Assembly (NCBI GenBank): GCA_027317865.1
Contig: DAHVQG010000009.1
Coordinates: 1 to 64,000 of the forward strand
DNA from: Bdellovibrionales bacterium
Lineage (GTDB): Bacteria > Bdellovibrionota > Bdellovibrionia > Bdellovibrionales > UBA1609
Reading direction: 5' to 3'
DNA length: 64,000 bases
Shown here: piece by piece, positions 1 to 9,717 of the stretch
Position numbering within the stretch: the first letter of the stretch is position 1
How the letters are laid out: every line of letters begins with the position of its first letter
Notes under the pieces: model-generated
What the model was told of the DNA's origin: nothing
The model's input: the letters and a program-made list of their open reading frames with translations, nothing else
Database searches by the model: none
Translations under genes and position numbers: made by a program

Positions 1-580
1 CGAACGGAACCCCAGTCATCTTCTCCACCAGCAAAATAATAGTTTTCATATATTTTCTTCCCGGCAGGGCTAGTTACATACGGTAGGTTCAAATCAACAT
101 GCGCCGATTTATAAATGCGAAGACCAGTGCTGCCAGTGTCGAGAAGGATGTTATCGACTGTCTGGCAACGCATTGTGCCCGGAACACAAACAGTGACCGA
201 TACTGTTGGAGTATTAATTGCCTTTCCCGTAAGGCCACCACTTACATGTATAATAACCTGATTTGGCGCGAGCGTAAGTGCAAGTGCTGAGCTCGCTATT
301 ATCGAGACCGCTAAAGCTATAAATATACGATTCCGCATTTTAACGTTTTCCTCTGGAGTAAGTTTCAAAGTTTACCACTTCCGCCGTGTGCGTTTGAAGC
401 GTCATTGAAAATTTGAAATAGGTGTCTAATTTTTGGACGATTTTAGCATCGTACGCCTCCTTGATCCGCAATATTCTCCGTATTCGCAACCAACCCGTTC
501 CAAAACTAATGTGGACACTGTCTAACGTGAGGGGGCGCAGCTTAAAATAGATGTCACCTTTACAAACCAGCATCGCAAAT

Positions 581-1387
581 TTAATTCAAAGCATTGCATT
601 CTGCCGGAATTAACTTCGATTTGGCAATTCTAATGCTCTCTTCAGGCAACCCACCGAAGTAGGGACTTGCTTCGTGTTGCCAAATTTTAACCCGACTTTG
701 CGAGTATTGCGTAAGCCAACTGCGGCTATAGGGGTAAAGGACAAAATTAAACCACGAATCGATTTGATCAGTATTAACATTTTTGATCAGTTTATTTGTA
801 AAATGATCTGGCGCTTCGGTGATCCACACTAGATGGCGATGAAAGTCTGAAGGGGATGGCATCTGAGTACGAGACCAGTTCGTGGTGCTGTGAGCATCTA
901 AAATAAATGCCGGAGGAGAATATTTTGTTAAATGAGTTTTTGCCAGTAACATTTTTGGCCAATATTCTTTCATGGCACCAACAGCCTGAATATTAATATA
1001 TAGCGTGTATTTTCCATAACCGGTAATTGGCGACATCATCACTATTGGTTGATAGCCCAGTTGGGCCAGTTTAGTAGCAATAGCAATACTGTGTGGACCA
1101 CCACTGTCTACAATGATCGCACTCGGGTCTTGGTAGGCAACAAACTCTGTTCCAACAAGTTTTGCCGCCATACGATCGGCCGGTGTATTACGATTTGGTA
1201 TTGAATTCCAAATATTTTCAATGCACGGGTTTTCAACCCTCGAAAGATCCGCATACCGAGCCCAGGGGCTTCCGCTTATTGGCTCAAATGCTGCGATGAC
1301 CTTTTGGAGTGGTGTAGGAGATTGTGCCCCTGACAGGCCGCCGACCAACAGAGTTGATAAAAATACTAGAATGATCCAATATCGCAC
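581..1387 (-). CDS. Secreted hypothetical protein
   Basis: 268-aa ORF with an N-terminal signal peptide (MRYWIILVFLSTLLVGGLSGA); no recognisable family; ends ECNALN. Confidence 0.75.
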   Translation of the reverse strand: MRYWIILVFLSTLLVGGLSGAQSPTPLQKVIAAFEPISGSPWARYADLSRVENPCIENIWNSIPNRNTPADRMAAKLVGTEFVAYQDPSAIIVDSGGPHSIAIATKLAQLGYQPIVMMSPITGYGKYTLYINIQAVGAMKEYWPKMLLAKTHLTKYSPPAFILDAHSTTNWSRTQMPSPSDFHRHLVWITEAPDHFTNKLIKNVNTDQIDSWFNFVLYPYSRSWLTQYSQSRVKIWQHEASPYFGGLPEESIRIAKSKLIPAECNALN

Positions 1388-1692
1388 GAGTGATTAAAAT
1401 CCTCCAGATCGCTTTCTTCACGAAGACGCATTATACGATTCCGCTTGATATTAACAATAATGAAAGTTTTCAAAAAAACTGACAAATTTTGTTGGTGGCA
1501 AGCCTGTCTAATTGACAAATGTTACGGGAGCCTTGACGACGTCTATCGTGGTTACATTGACACGCGGCTTTTGATTGATCGCCAAAGAGACAATGCTATG
1601 TCGAGTGGCGAGACGCCCGACAAGATCCATTTCCTGCCTTGAAAGTCTAATTTTTTGGAATACGTCTTAGACAAATTAGTTTCAAGCTGCGT

Positions 1693-2862
1693 TTAATCCG
1701 CCGTTTTTAAAAAATTAATATCAATCTTCGGCGCTATTTTTGTGCATGTTTTTTTCGCGATTTCGACACTAAACGCATCCGTGGCTTTAAACATTGAATT
1801 TTCATATGGCCTGGCTAGTGCACATGTCATGCATTTCGAGTAGGTAAAAATATGCAATAGCAGTTGCCTTGGGTGCCGAGGATAATGCGTATAAATTTTT
1901 ACGTTTTTCTTTCTATGAGCCCTGAAGTAGTTGAGGTACCTTCTTAAACTATAGGACAAAACTGCATAGGGTTGGGTGTCTGCGAGTAATTCCTTAATAT
2001 TTGTCGGTCGTATTGGACCCTTAATGGGGACTCTAGGTCTCCAAGTATATTCTGAGCATGAATATACAACGTCAGTTTGACCCCCCGATTCCATAAATCC
2101 TGGTTTGTGCCAAAAAAATTTAGACGCCAAAGTATCTGCGTGCAAAAATTCATGAAACAATGTGATTTTAAATTGGCGCATTTCCAAACCTATAAGATAC
2201 TGTTGCGCCGCTGAACTCGGGTTAATTTGATTTTGGTCAGCTAAATCTAAAAGATCTAACCACCGCCGCGCAACCTTATAATCACCATTATAATCAATTA
2301 AATAATCCGATGAGTCCCACCCGGTAATAAACTTCTTATTTGGAATAAGTGCTAGAACTAATGGACCCAAGTCAATCGTCGGTGCGCCAATCTCAATCCT
2401 CCAGAAAATTGGCATAACAAAGTGCGCACGTGTCGACGCTTCTCGCGAAGTGGGAGCCTTTTGGCTACACACAAATCGCAAGTGCAAATGGAGTGAATTT
2501 GTAAAAAGTTGTTCGGCATATTCTGGGTTGAGGCGACCTAGTCGAATGATTGAATCATATATGACATGCGGGATGGTAACGGCCAATTCTGCGTTAAATT
2601 TAACGTCGGTTGGAACCCGAGTGACTCCCATTGCCGATCGAAATTTTTGGTTTGCAAAGAATTTCTGAATATCGCATTTGTAGTCCCAATGCGGAGAGTT
2701 TCTAACAAATTGTTGAAAGCTTGGAAAATTCACGACAGATTCCGCATAAATTTGACCCGAAACACCGAACGCACAAGCCGCCAACGCCAGGCCGCGCAGA
2801 ATCCGAACAAACATCGAAAAATTAGTAAACACGAAATGCTCCAAATTAAGTCTAAACATCAA
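1693..2862 (-). CDS. Secreted putative zincin-like metallopeptidase (HEXXH)
   Basis: Signal-like segment ILRGLALAACAFGVSGQIYA; TLFHEFLHAD zinc motif; several Cys. True start is probably downstream of 2862. Confidence 0.55.
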   Translation of the reverse strand: MMFRLNLEHFVFTNFSMFVRILRGLALAACAFGVSGQIYAESVVNFPSFQQFVRNSPHWDYKCDIQKFFANQKFRSAMGVTRVPTDVKFNAELAVTIPHVIYDSIIRLGRLNPEYAEQLFTNSLHLHLRFVCSQKAPTSREASTRAHFVMPIFWRIEIGAPTIDLGPLVLALIPNKKFITGWDSSDYLIDYNGDYKVARRWLDLLDLADQNQINPSSAAQQYLIGLEMRQFKITLFHEFLHADTLASKFFWHKPGFMESGGQTDVVYSCSEYTWRPRVPIKGPIRPTNIKELLADTQPYAVLSYSLRRYLNYFRAHRKKNVKIYTHYPRHPRQLLLHIFTYSKCMTCALARPYENSMFKATDAFSVEIAKKTCTKIAPKIDINFLKTAD

Positions 2863-3140
2863 AAAACATAGGTAAACAAATGCAAACCCATGCCACGGAT
2901 TTGCGGCTGGATTTTTGTTAAAACTTTTGACACTTTGGTCACGCCGATCTTCTAGGCCATTGAATACGTTTGATTATTGCATTTTCAATGCGCAAAAAGA
3001 CAGAGTGACATATAATGTCTGTAAAACGTAGTTCTACTGAACGACAAAATAGCGCATCAGTTTTTCATGGTGATCAATTGAGACATGACTTCACGCGGGC
3101 TTGTCCAAATCTTTCTTTGATCGGCAGCTACTAAATGAAA

Positions 3141-3167
3141 TAAGTTTGGATCGATACTCGCCGAACA
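3141..3167 (+). promoter_or_regulatory. Sigma28/FliA-like promoter
   Basis: TAAG-N15-GCCGAACA versus consensus TAAA-N15-GCCGATAA. Confidence 0.5.
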
Positions 3168-3755
3168 AAAGCGGATTCGAAGAGAGGTCGTCAGCAAGTC
3201 GCGACTTCGCAAACTCTAAAATGCCTTATATTCGCGCCTAGATAGATTTGAAATTGCTGGGGCACTTGACCATATGACAGATGCCTAAGAGCTGCACGCG
3301 ACGTCGATTCTGGAGATATTAGCGTACGGGTATAGATTTTACCTGTGTTTCAAAACATGCTTAATAAGCTGTACTACTACAGCCCATATAGGGACTTATA
3401 ACTTTCGTAGTTACTTATAGCGTTTCGCCCATCTCAACTGTCAGGGCGTTTCGCTCCAGACTTCTGGCCGTCGTGTTTAATCTGGAGTGCTCGTTCATTA
3501 AATATACGTCTCGTCCTTAAAATTTACCGCTGCCCCCGAATCCCGTTCTCTCTCTTCTGCCTGAGCTGGCACTGACTTATTTCACGGTTTACCAATATTG
3601 TTTATTGAAACGGACCTAATGGCATTGCTTTGTCGCTAACAGGTAATTTCTTTATCTTGATGGCGGTTGTGCCGTCGTCGTCCAGCTCGTAGGTGCCATC
3701 GGTCATGCAAGTTTACTCTGTCGAAAGTTGCACAAAGCGGGTATATTCTTCAACA

Positions 3756-5321
3756 ATGTGCGCGAGAGTTTTGCACGATATTAAAGTTGCCCTCGACGAC
3801 GAACTTGAAGAGAAATTGGCCTGGTTGTCGCCAGGATACGCTAACCATCGTATCCTCAAAAAGTCGATTGATGCGCGAAAACGCCATGACCCGCATTTTG
3901 TTTACACCGTCGAAGTTTATGCGAAAGACGAAGTTGTTCCGACGCGCGAGTTCAAACTCGCCCCGGCGGAGTACCACGGTGAAAAGCCGCTTATCATCGG
4001 TGCGGGGCCGGCGGGTCTTTTCGCGGCCTTGAGATTTGTTGAGCGTGGCGTGCCCTGTACGCTTCTCGAGCGCGGGTCGCAAGCAGAAAAGCGCTTGCTG
4101 AAAATCAACCGCTTTTGGCGGTATGGTGACCTCGATTTGAACAACAACGTTTGTTTTGGCGAAGGTGGTGCGGGGCTTTACTCCGACGGTAAACTCATTA
4201 CACGCATCAAATCGGATCACATCGAATACGTTATGAACAGACTCGTGCGTTTTGGTGCGCCAGCTGAGATTGAGTACACGGCCAATCCGCACGTGGGTTC
4301 GGACCGCATCAGAAGAGTGATTCCGCGTCTAAGGGGGTTTCTCGTAGCCAACGGTTGCGAAATTCACTTCGACACGGCCGTCACCGAATTTTTGTGCGAA
4401 AAAAGAGATGGCAGAACGTATTCGATGACCGGGGTTTCAACTGCGGACGGTCGCAAATTTCACTCCGACAAAATAATTTTGGCCACCGGCCACTCGGCGG
4501 CTGATATCTTTGACCGGCTACACGAATCGCAAGTGTACATGGAGGGCAAAAGTTTTGCCGTCGGCCTTCGCATCGAACACCCGCAAAAGCTGATCAATGA
4601 AATTCAATATCGTGCGTGCGAATCGCATCCGAAGCTTGGCGCGGCTAATTATCGACTCGCCCACCATGACCACGAAGGTAATGTCGGGGTTTATAGCTTT
4701 TGCATGTGCCCCGGCGGATACGTTCTTTCGAGCGGTACCGAGAATCACTCAGTCGTGTGTAATGGAATGAGCAATTATAATCGCGGCTCGAAATTCGCCA
4801 ACAGCGCGATCGTTGTGAGTATCGACTCCGCCAAAACCTTCGGCACCGAAGATCTTTGGGCCGGTCTTAAATTCCGCGCAATGCTTGAACGCAATGCTTA
4901 CGAAATGGTGATGTCAAAAGAAATTCCAGCGCAAAGACTTGTCGACTTTTTAGAAGAGAGATCGGGCCCGGTACTGCCGTCATCGTCACCTTCGTTCGTG
5001 AAGGCTGCACCATTACATACTCTAATGCCACCCGCGCTTAGTGCTCATTTCAAAAGAGGTATCGAAGAATTTGGCCGTAAAATGAAAGGCTTTATCTCTG
5101 AAGAAGCACAGCTTCACGCCGTAGAGACAAGAACGTCTTGCCCGATTCGCATCACGCGAGACCGCGAAACTTTAGAGTCACTTTCGCACCGAGGGCTTTA
5201 CCCCTGCGGCGAGGGCGCCGGATACGCCGGAGGCATCACCAGCGCCGCGTGCGACGGAATTCGGATTGCTGAAAAAATAATGGCGACCGAAGAAAGCGCG
5301 CCTCGAAATTTACTCGCATAA
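3756..5321 (+). CDS. NAD(P)/FAD-dependent oxidoreductase (uncharacterised FAD-dependent dehydrogenase family)
   Basis: GAGPAG Rossmann motif, FGEGGAG-YSDGKL, FCMCPGG, GEGAGYAGGITSAACDG. Start set at ATG 3756; the ORF track gives 3693. Confidence 0.9.
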   Translation: MCARVLHDIKVALDDELEEKLAWLSPGYANHRILKKSIDARKRHDPHFVYTVEVYAKDEVVPTREFKLAPAEYHGEKPLIIGAGPAGLFAALRFVERGVPCTLLERGSQAEKRLLKINRFWRYGDLDLNNNVCFGEGGAGLYSDGKLITRIKSDHIEYVMNRLVRFGAPAEIEYTANPHVGSDRIRRVIPRLRGFLVANGCEIHFDTAVTEFLCEKRDGRTYSMTGVSTADGRKFHSDKIILATGHSAADIFDRLHESQVYMEGKSFAVGLRIEHPQKLINEIQYRACESHPKLGAANYRLAHHDHEGNVGVYSFCMCPGGYVLSSGTENHSVVCNGMSNYNRGSKFANSAIVVSIDSAKTFGTEDLWAGLKFRAMLERNAYEMVMSKEIPAQRLVDFLEERSGPVLPSSSPSFVKAAPLHTLMPPALSAHFKRGIEEFGRKMKGFISEEAQLHAVETRTSCPIRITRDRETLESLSHRGLYPCGEGAGYAGGITSAACDGIRIAEKIMATEESAPRNLLA

Positions 5322-5426
5322 ACCATAAAATCCTTGCTTGAAATATCCGTACTCACGTAAATCACTTTTGCCCATCTTAAGTTTGTAATGGCCGCCATCA
5401 TGCGGTCAAACGAAGGTCGGCTTTTA

Positions 5427-7121
5427 CTATGGTGTAGAACCAAGAGGTTTAATATACCACTCATCAACAATCATGTCTCCATACCCGTAACCATTGGATG
5501 AAAATGTGCCATAAAGAATATCTGTATTCGGGTCGAAGAAAAAACTGCCATTGCCTCTCATCGATGGGCAATTATTGCTAGTATTGGCCGCCGCCTGCCA
5601 ATTCGGGAATTCCCAAAATGAATAAGGGTTGATGCTATAAACTGGAATTGATCCTTGTTCAGCCTGATAAATCTGTTTGAGATCGTAGGCCGTTATTTGG
5701 ACACGACTATAATGTTTTGTGTCAGGTGAAATCGGCGTGTCGTTACTGCCGCTTGCATTTACATTGCAACCGGTACCGCGCGCTTCGTTTGGTCCGTACT
5801 GATGCACACTGATATATATTAATGAACGAGTTCCTGGAACAATAAAACCATAACCCATGGGGCCGTCGTATTCGCTGAAATAGTTATCGCCCATCGGATT
5901 AAAAGTAACAGTTGTGGAACATCCGCCTGCCGGACAATTCGTGAGCGCGGGGAATGACGTGCAACCCGTTACGCCATTGTAGCACGTAAAAAGTGCGTCC
6001 GGGACACTTGCATTGTTGAGTGTCATGTGAACAAGACGGGTCTCACCGTCACTGAAATTTATTTGGTACGGCCCATCTGATGCTCTGGTATTACATCCGG
6101 CAAATCCTGAGGTAAGAACAACGTTGGTCGTCCCGTTCTTTGGCGCAGCAGTCAGCGTTGCGGTACAACCATTCGTGCCTGACAGTGGCAGCGGACCAGT
6201 GAGATTGCGGTAACTCAATTCGTATTTATTAGGATCTCTTGAAAGTCCATCGTAATAGTAATCAAGCCCCTCTTTGACCGGGATTGAGCCACCCGACGAG
6301 TTGTATTCTCCGCAGTTAAAAGTTGCGAACCCAAACCCATTGATGGCATTTGATTGTATGGCTAGGTCTGGACCATTGACTTCGTAGCATGGCCCCCCCA
6401 AATATGGGCGCCATATCGGCGGCACAATACCAAGAGCGCCGGCAAAATATCGCTGGGTACATTGTTTTGATGTTCCAGAAAGGCACGGAGCAGAAGCCGA
6501 ATTGACGACGCCCCAATTTGAGAGATCTTGGTCCGCGCCGAGTATAAAACCGTTGGCACCATTTCGTGTGTCATAAAACGGTGCCACAGAAATATACAGC
6601 TTGCCATTGTAAACAAGTGACCCTTGAAGTGAACAATAGGTATTAGAAGCGGCTTGACCACAATTCAATATTGGCGTGCCACTCGCATTAACCGGTATTA
6701 TCGGTTGGGTGATAATAGTCGCTGTACCATTTGAACCATCGTATGCGGGTGTTCCGGAGAGACTGGGGATTTGGATCGCTCCCAATGCGCCGGAGTCGCT
6801 ATTTCCGCTATTATAATAGTAAAGTCCAGTAAGATACATTGTCGTCCCATTGACAGACATTGCCCCGCCGCCATAACTGAACTCCTGGTTTCCCGAGCCT
6901 GGTGGAACTTTAAAAGACCCTAAAAATGTCATTGAGAGATTTTGGGATTGTACGAGCGGTAAACTCAATGGGTTTGTTGATCCGCTAGATGTACTAGCCA
7001 ATGAGGCATTTTGACTGGACACAGACTGGAAGCCGCCCGAACAATTGTCAAAAAGAAAAAATGGTATGATTAATACCAAAATCATTTTTATCGATTTGTA
7101 AATACTAACTCGTGATGACAC
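5427..7121 (-). CDS. Cys-rich, beta-rich secreted lipoprotein of unknown function
   Basis: Hydrophobic stretch followed by FDNC-S lipobox-like motif, Ser-rich linker, many paired Cys; alternative start ATG 7085. Confidence 0.75.
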   Translation of the reverse strand: MSSRVSIYKSIKMILVLIIPFFLFDNCSGGFQSVSSQNASLASTSSGSTNPLSLPLVQSQNLSMTFLGSFKVPPGSGNQEFSYGGGAMSVNGTTMYLTGLYYYNSGNSDSGALGAIQIPSLSGTPAYDGSNGTATIITQPIIPVNASGTPILNCGQAASNTYCSLQGSLVYNGKLYISVAPFYDTRNGANGFILGADQDLSNWGVVNSASAPCLSGTSKQCTQRYFAGALGIVPPIWRPYLGGPCYEVNGPDLAIQSNAINGFGFATFNCGEYNSSGGSIPVKEGLDYYYDGLSRDPNKYELSYRNLTGPLPLSGTNGCTATLTAAPKNGTTNVVLTSGFAGCNTRASDGPYQINFSDGETRLVHMTLNNASVPDALFTCYNGVTGCTSFPALTNCPAGGCSTTVTFNPMGDNYFSEYDGPMGYGFIVPGTRSLIYISVHQYGPNEARGTGCNVNASGSNDTPISPDTKHYSRVQITAYDLKQIYQAEQGSIPVYSINPYSFWEFPNWQAAANTSNNCPSMRGNGSFFFDPNTDILYGTFSSNGYGYGDMIVDEWYIKPLGSTP

Positions 7122-7196
7122 TTAACAATCCTTTTTAAAATTTTTCACACTGGCCTTGTGGCAAAACAGATGACACCGATTAAAAGTTCAACAATA

Positions 7197-7223
7197 TTAT
7201 CGGGATTTAATGCCGTTAATTTA
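7197..7223 (-). promoter_or_regulatory. Sigma28/FliA-like promoter
   Basis: TAAA-N15-CCCGATAA, one mismatch from consensus, upstream of the 5427-7121 gene. Confidence 0.65.
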
Positions 7224-7250
7224 AGTTGTAAGCCCCTACTCAACTTTATA

Positions 7251-7266
7251 GGCAAAGTTGATGCCA
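7251..7266 (-). promoter_or_regulatory. Sigma54 -24/-12 promoter
   Basis: TGGCATCAACTTTGCC (GG-N10-GC). Confidence 0.6.
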
Positions 7267-7358
7267 AGTCGCCGCCAAAATTAATGGTGAAAAACCATTT
7301 AATTGTCTCAATCTAAAACAACTTTCTTAATTTGGTGCTCGACAACGGGATTTCACGT

Positions 7359-7604
7359 CTACTCGACAATTTCGAGGACACTTCTTTTTCGGAGTTTAGT
7401 ACTTGCCGCATTTAAAATCGCACGCATAGATTGAGCCGTTCGGCCCAGTTTTCCGATAACTTTACCCAGATCTTCTTTGGCTACTCGAAGTTCAAACACG
7501 GTCGTTTGTTCACCGGCAATTTCATTTACTGCTACTTTATCTGGATGATCCACGAGTGACCTTGCCATAAATTCAATTAAAGTTTTAAGATCTGAAGTTT
7601 CCAC
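7359..7604 (-). CDS. khpA: KH-domain RNA-binding protein KhpA (UPF0109)
   Basis: [31 protein letters not shown] pattern; 81 aa. Confidence 0.9.
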   Translation of the reverse strand: METSDLKTLIEFMARSLVDHPDKVAVNEIAGEQTTVFELRVAKEDLGKVIGKLGRTAQSMRAILNAASTKLRKRSVLEIVE

Positions 7605-7881
7605 AGCGCCCCCTAGTGAATCAGATTATTCCAGTAATGGCGAAAGTCCAAGGCCGCCGGAGGTTATGATCGAGTGATCGACAAAGCGCGACGTCCGGCG
7701 ACGAAGAACGCCTATAAACAGAAATTGGATCGGATGATTCTTAAATTAATTATGGATTTGAGGCGGCGAAATTTCGGGAATTTAGACATTTTCGGTAAAT
7801 GTGAACCGTGGTATATATTTTAATGTTGCTTCAAGCAAAGATCTCAGACAGTATAAATCTTAAATAATTTAAAGATAATTT

Positions 7882-8586
7882 ATGACCAATCGACATCGAA
7901 TACTCATCATTGACGACGAATCGTATATTCGTGAATTTGTCTCACAAGTTCTTTCGGAGAGGTACCAGGTCTTTCTCGCTAAAAACGGTCCGGACGGTTT
8001 GCGGGTAGCCCGCCAGATCAAACCCGACGCCATTGTTCTCGATATTCTTATGACGGGGCAAGATGGTATCGAGACGTGCCGGGCTTTGCGCAAAGATCCA
8101 ATTACATCCACTATCCCTGTTGTCATGTTATCGGCGTTGAATGAACCGGAAAATAGAATCGAAGCCTTTTCGGCTGGTGCCGACGATTATGTTTCGAAAC
8201 CTTTTCGCCCCGAAGAACTCCTTCTTAGGGTTGAAAATAAAGTCCAAACGTCGTCCAAGTTTGCGCTTGAAATGGCAGCGTCAAATTCGCGCAACTGTGG
8301 AGATATCTCAATTGATCTTCAAGAAGTGAAAGCTTCAATTGGCGGCGAAGTATTTGATATTGGTCCCATCGAATTTAAAATTCTAAGCCTACTGATTCGA
8401 AAGAGCGGCCAGCTTGTCAGTCGAGAAGAGATCGAAAACTTTGTTTGGTGCGACGGTCCGCCATCTGACCGAGCTTTAGACCCACATATCACGGCGCTAC
8501 GAAAGAAATTGCTGGCGAGCCAATGCGAATTAAAAACCGTGTACGGATATGGGTTTTGTATAAAGGCTAGAACTACGAACGCATGA
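7882..8586 (+). CDS. OmpR/PhoB-family response regulator
   Basis: REC domain (IIDDE, VLDILM, GADDYVSKPF) plus winged helix (RALDPHITALRKKL, KTVYGYGF). Confidence 0.92.
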   Translation: MTNRHRILIIDDESYIREFVSQVLSERYQVFLAKNGPDGLRVARQIKPDAIVLDILMTGQDGIETCRALRKDPITSTIPVVMLSALNEPENRIEAFSAGADDYVSKPFRPEELLLRVENKVQTSSKFALEMAASNSRNCGDISIDLQEVKASIGGEVFDIGPIEFKILSLLIRKSGQLVSREEIENFVWCDGPPSDRALDPHITALRKKLLASQCELKTVYGYGFCIKARTTNA

Positions 8587-9665
8587 GTCCTTCAGAACTG
8601 AACGACCGCTTGTTCACTTTGACGCTCGACTTTTTGGTTGTGAAAAATGCGTCCAATCACTATTGGACGCATGTCAACCCGGCGCTCGTTCGTGCTTTAG
8701 GTTATAGCGAGCAAGAGCTGACAAGTCAGTCCTCAATGAAATTTGTTCATCCGGACGATCGGCACGATACCGAACTCAGGGCCAAAAATGTCGTCATGAC
8801 TGGTAGCTTGCAAGATTATGAGAATCGCTACATCACCCGCGAGGGGCGGGTGATTTGGCTTTCATGGACGGCTGTTTACGATCCGAAAGATAACACTGTT
8901 TATGCGGTTGCCAGAGATATTACGAGAATTAAAGAGCGGGAACTGCAAATTGCACAGCAAAAATTGGAAATTGCGGCCGCTTCGAAACTGAACGCTTTAG
9001 GTCGACTTGCCGCCGGTATCGCCCATGAGGTCAATAACCCACTCACAATCGTTTATGGGCAGGCTTGTCGATTGCGCAAATTGGCGACCGGAGGCTCAAT
9101 CAATCAAAATGAGCTTCAGCAGATTTCCGAAGAAATTGAAGACATGTCGTCTCGTATCGTCAGAATCATAAAAGGACTAAGAGCATTTACGAGAGATGGC
9201 TCCAATGATCCGTTGGAGTTTGTTTCGGTGAAAAAGATCATCGAAGACACCTTGGTTTTTTGCCGTGGCAACTTCAAGTCGAGTGGAATTGAGTTAACGT
9301 TCGATGAAGTGCCCGATGACTTACAAGTTTACGCTCGGCCAGTACAGATTTCTCAGGTTTTGCTCAATTTGCTTAACAATGCTTATGACGTTGTTTTAGA
9401 AGCTCCGGAAAAGTGGGTTCGCATCACGGTGGTGATTACGGAGACTCATATTGAAATGCGAGTGTCTGACAGTGGCTCAGGTGTTGCTCCAGAATTGAGA
9501 GCGCACCTTTTCGAAGCTTTTTTTACGACAAAGCCAGTGGGCAAGGGCACTGGTCTCGGTCTCAACATTGCTCACGCGATTTTAGCCTCACACGGCGGTG
9601 ACATATTTCTTGATGAATCTGCACCCAATACGACTTTTGTCGTTCGATTGCCGAAAGTGAGTTAG
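8583..9665 (+). CDS. PAS-domain sensor histidine kinase (NtrB-like)
   Basis: PAS (FVHPDD), H-box AHEVNNPL, N-box NLLNNA, FFTTK, GTGLGL; ATGA overlap with the regulator. Confidence 0.92.
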   Translation: MSPSELNDRLFTLTLDFLVVKNASNHYWTHVNPALVRALGYSEQELTSQSSMKFVHPDDRHDTELRAKNVVMTGSLQDYENRYITREGRVIWLSWTAVYDPKDNTVYAVARDITRIKERELQIAQQKLEIAAASKLNALGRLAAGIAHEVNNPLTIVYGQACRLRKLATGGSINQNELQQISEEIEDMSSRIVRIIKGLRAFTRDGSNDPLEFVSVKKIIEDTLVFCRGNFKSSGIELTFDEVPDDLQVYARPVQISQVLLNLLNNAYDVVLEAPEKWVRITVVITETHIEMRVSDSGSGVAPELRAHLFEAFFTTKPVGKGTGLGLNIAHAILASHGGDIFLDESAPNTTFVVRLPKVS

Positions 9666-9717
9666 CTGTGGTCGCATTAATCGTTAATTTCTTGGTTTTC
9701 CATATTACCCCGCCTTG

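Noticed and set aside
1..49. Possible 5' end of a - strand CDS (MKTIILLVEKMTGVPF)
   Set aside because: Only 16 codons are visible, so it cannot be supported
99..573. ORFs 99-290(+) and 340-573(-)
   Set aside because: No RBS or recognisable motif; 99-290 overlaps the candidate promoter and hairpins
1445..1642. 65-aa ORF and hairpin TGTCG..GGCGAGACGCC..CGACA resembling GCGAAACGCCCTGACA near 3440(-)
   Set aside because: The similarity is too short to separate from chance, and it fits no riboswitch consensus
2881..2895. Sigma54-like TGGCATGGGTTTGCA (- strand)
   Set aside because: GG-GC spacing is 9, not the required 10
3170..3460. tmRNA (GGATTCGA) or hammerhead (CTGA...GAAA) resemblance
   Set aside because: No tRNA-like ends or tag peptide; the core is CTGACAG, not CTGANGA
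7639..7649. GGCGAAAGTCC resembling RNase P GAGGAAAGTCC
   Set aside because: The other conserved RNase P elements are absent and there is not enough space
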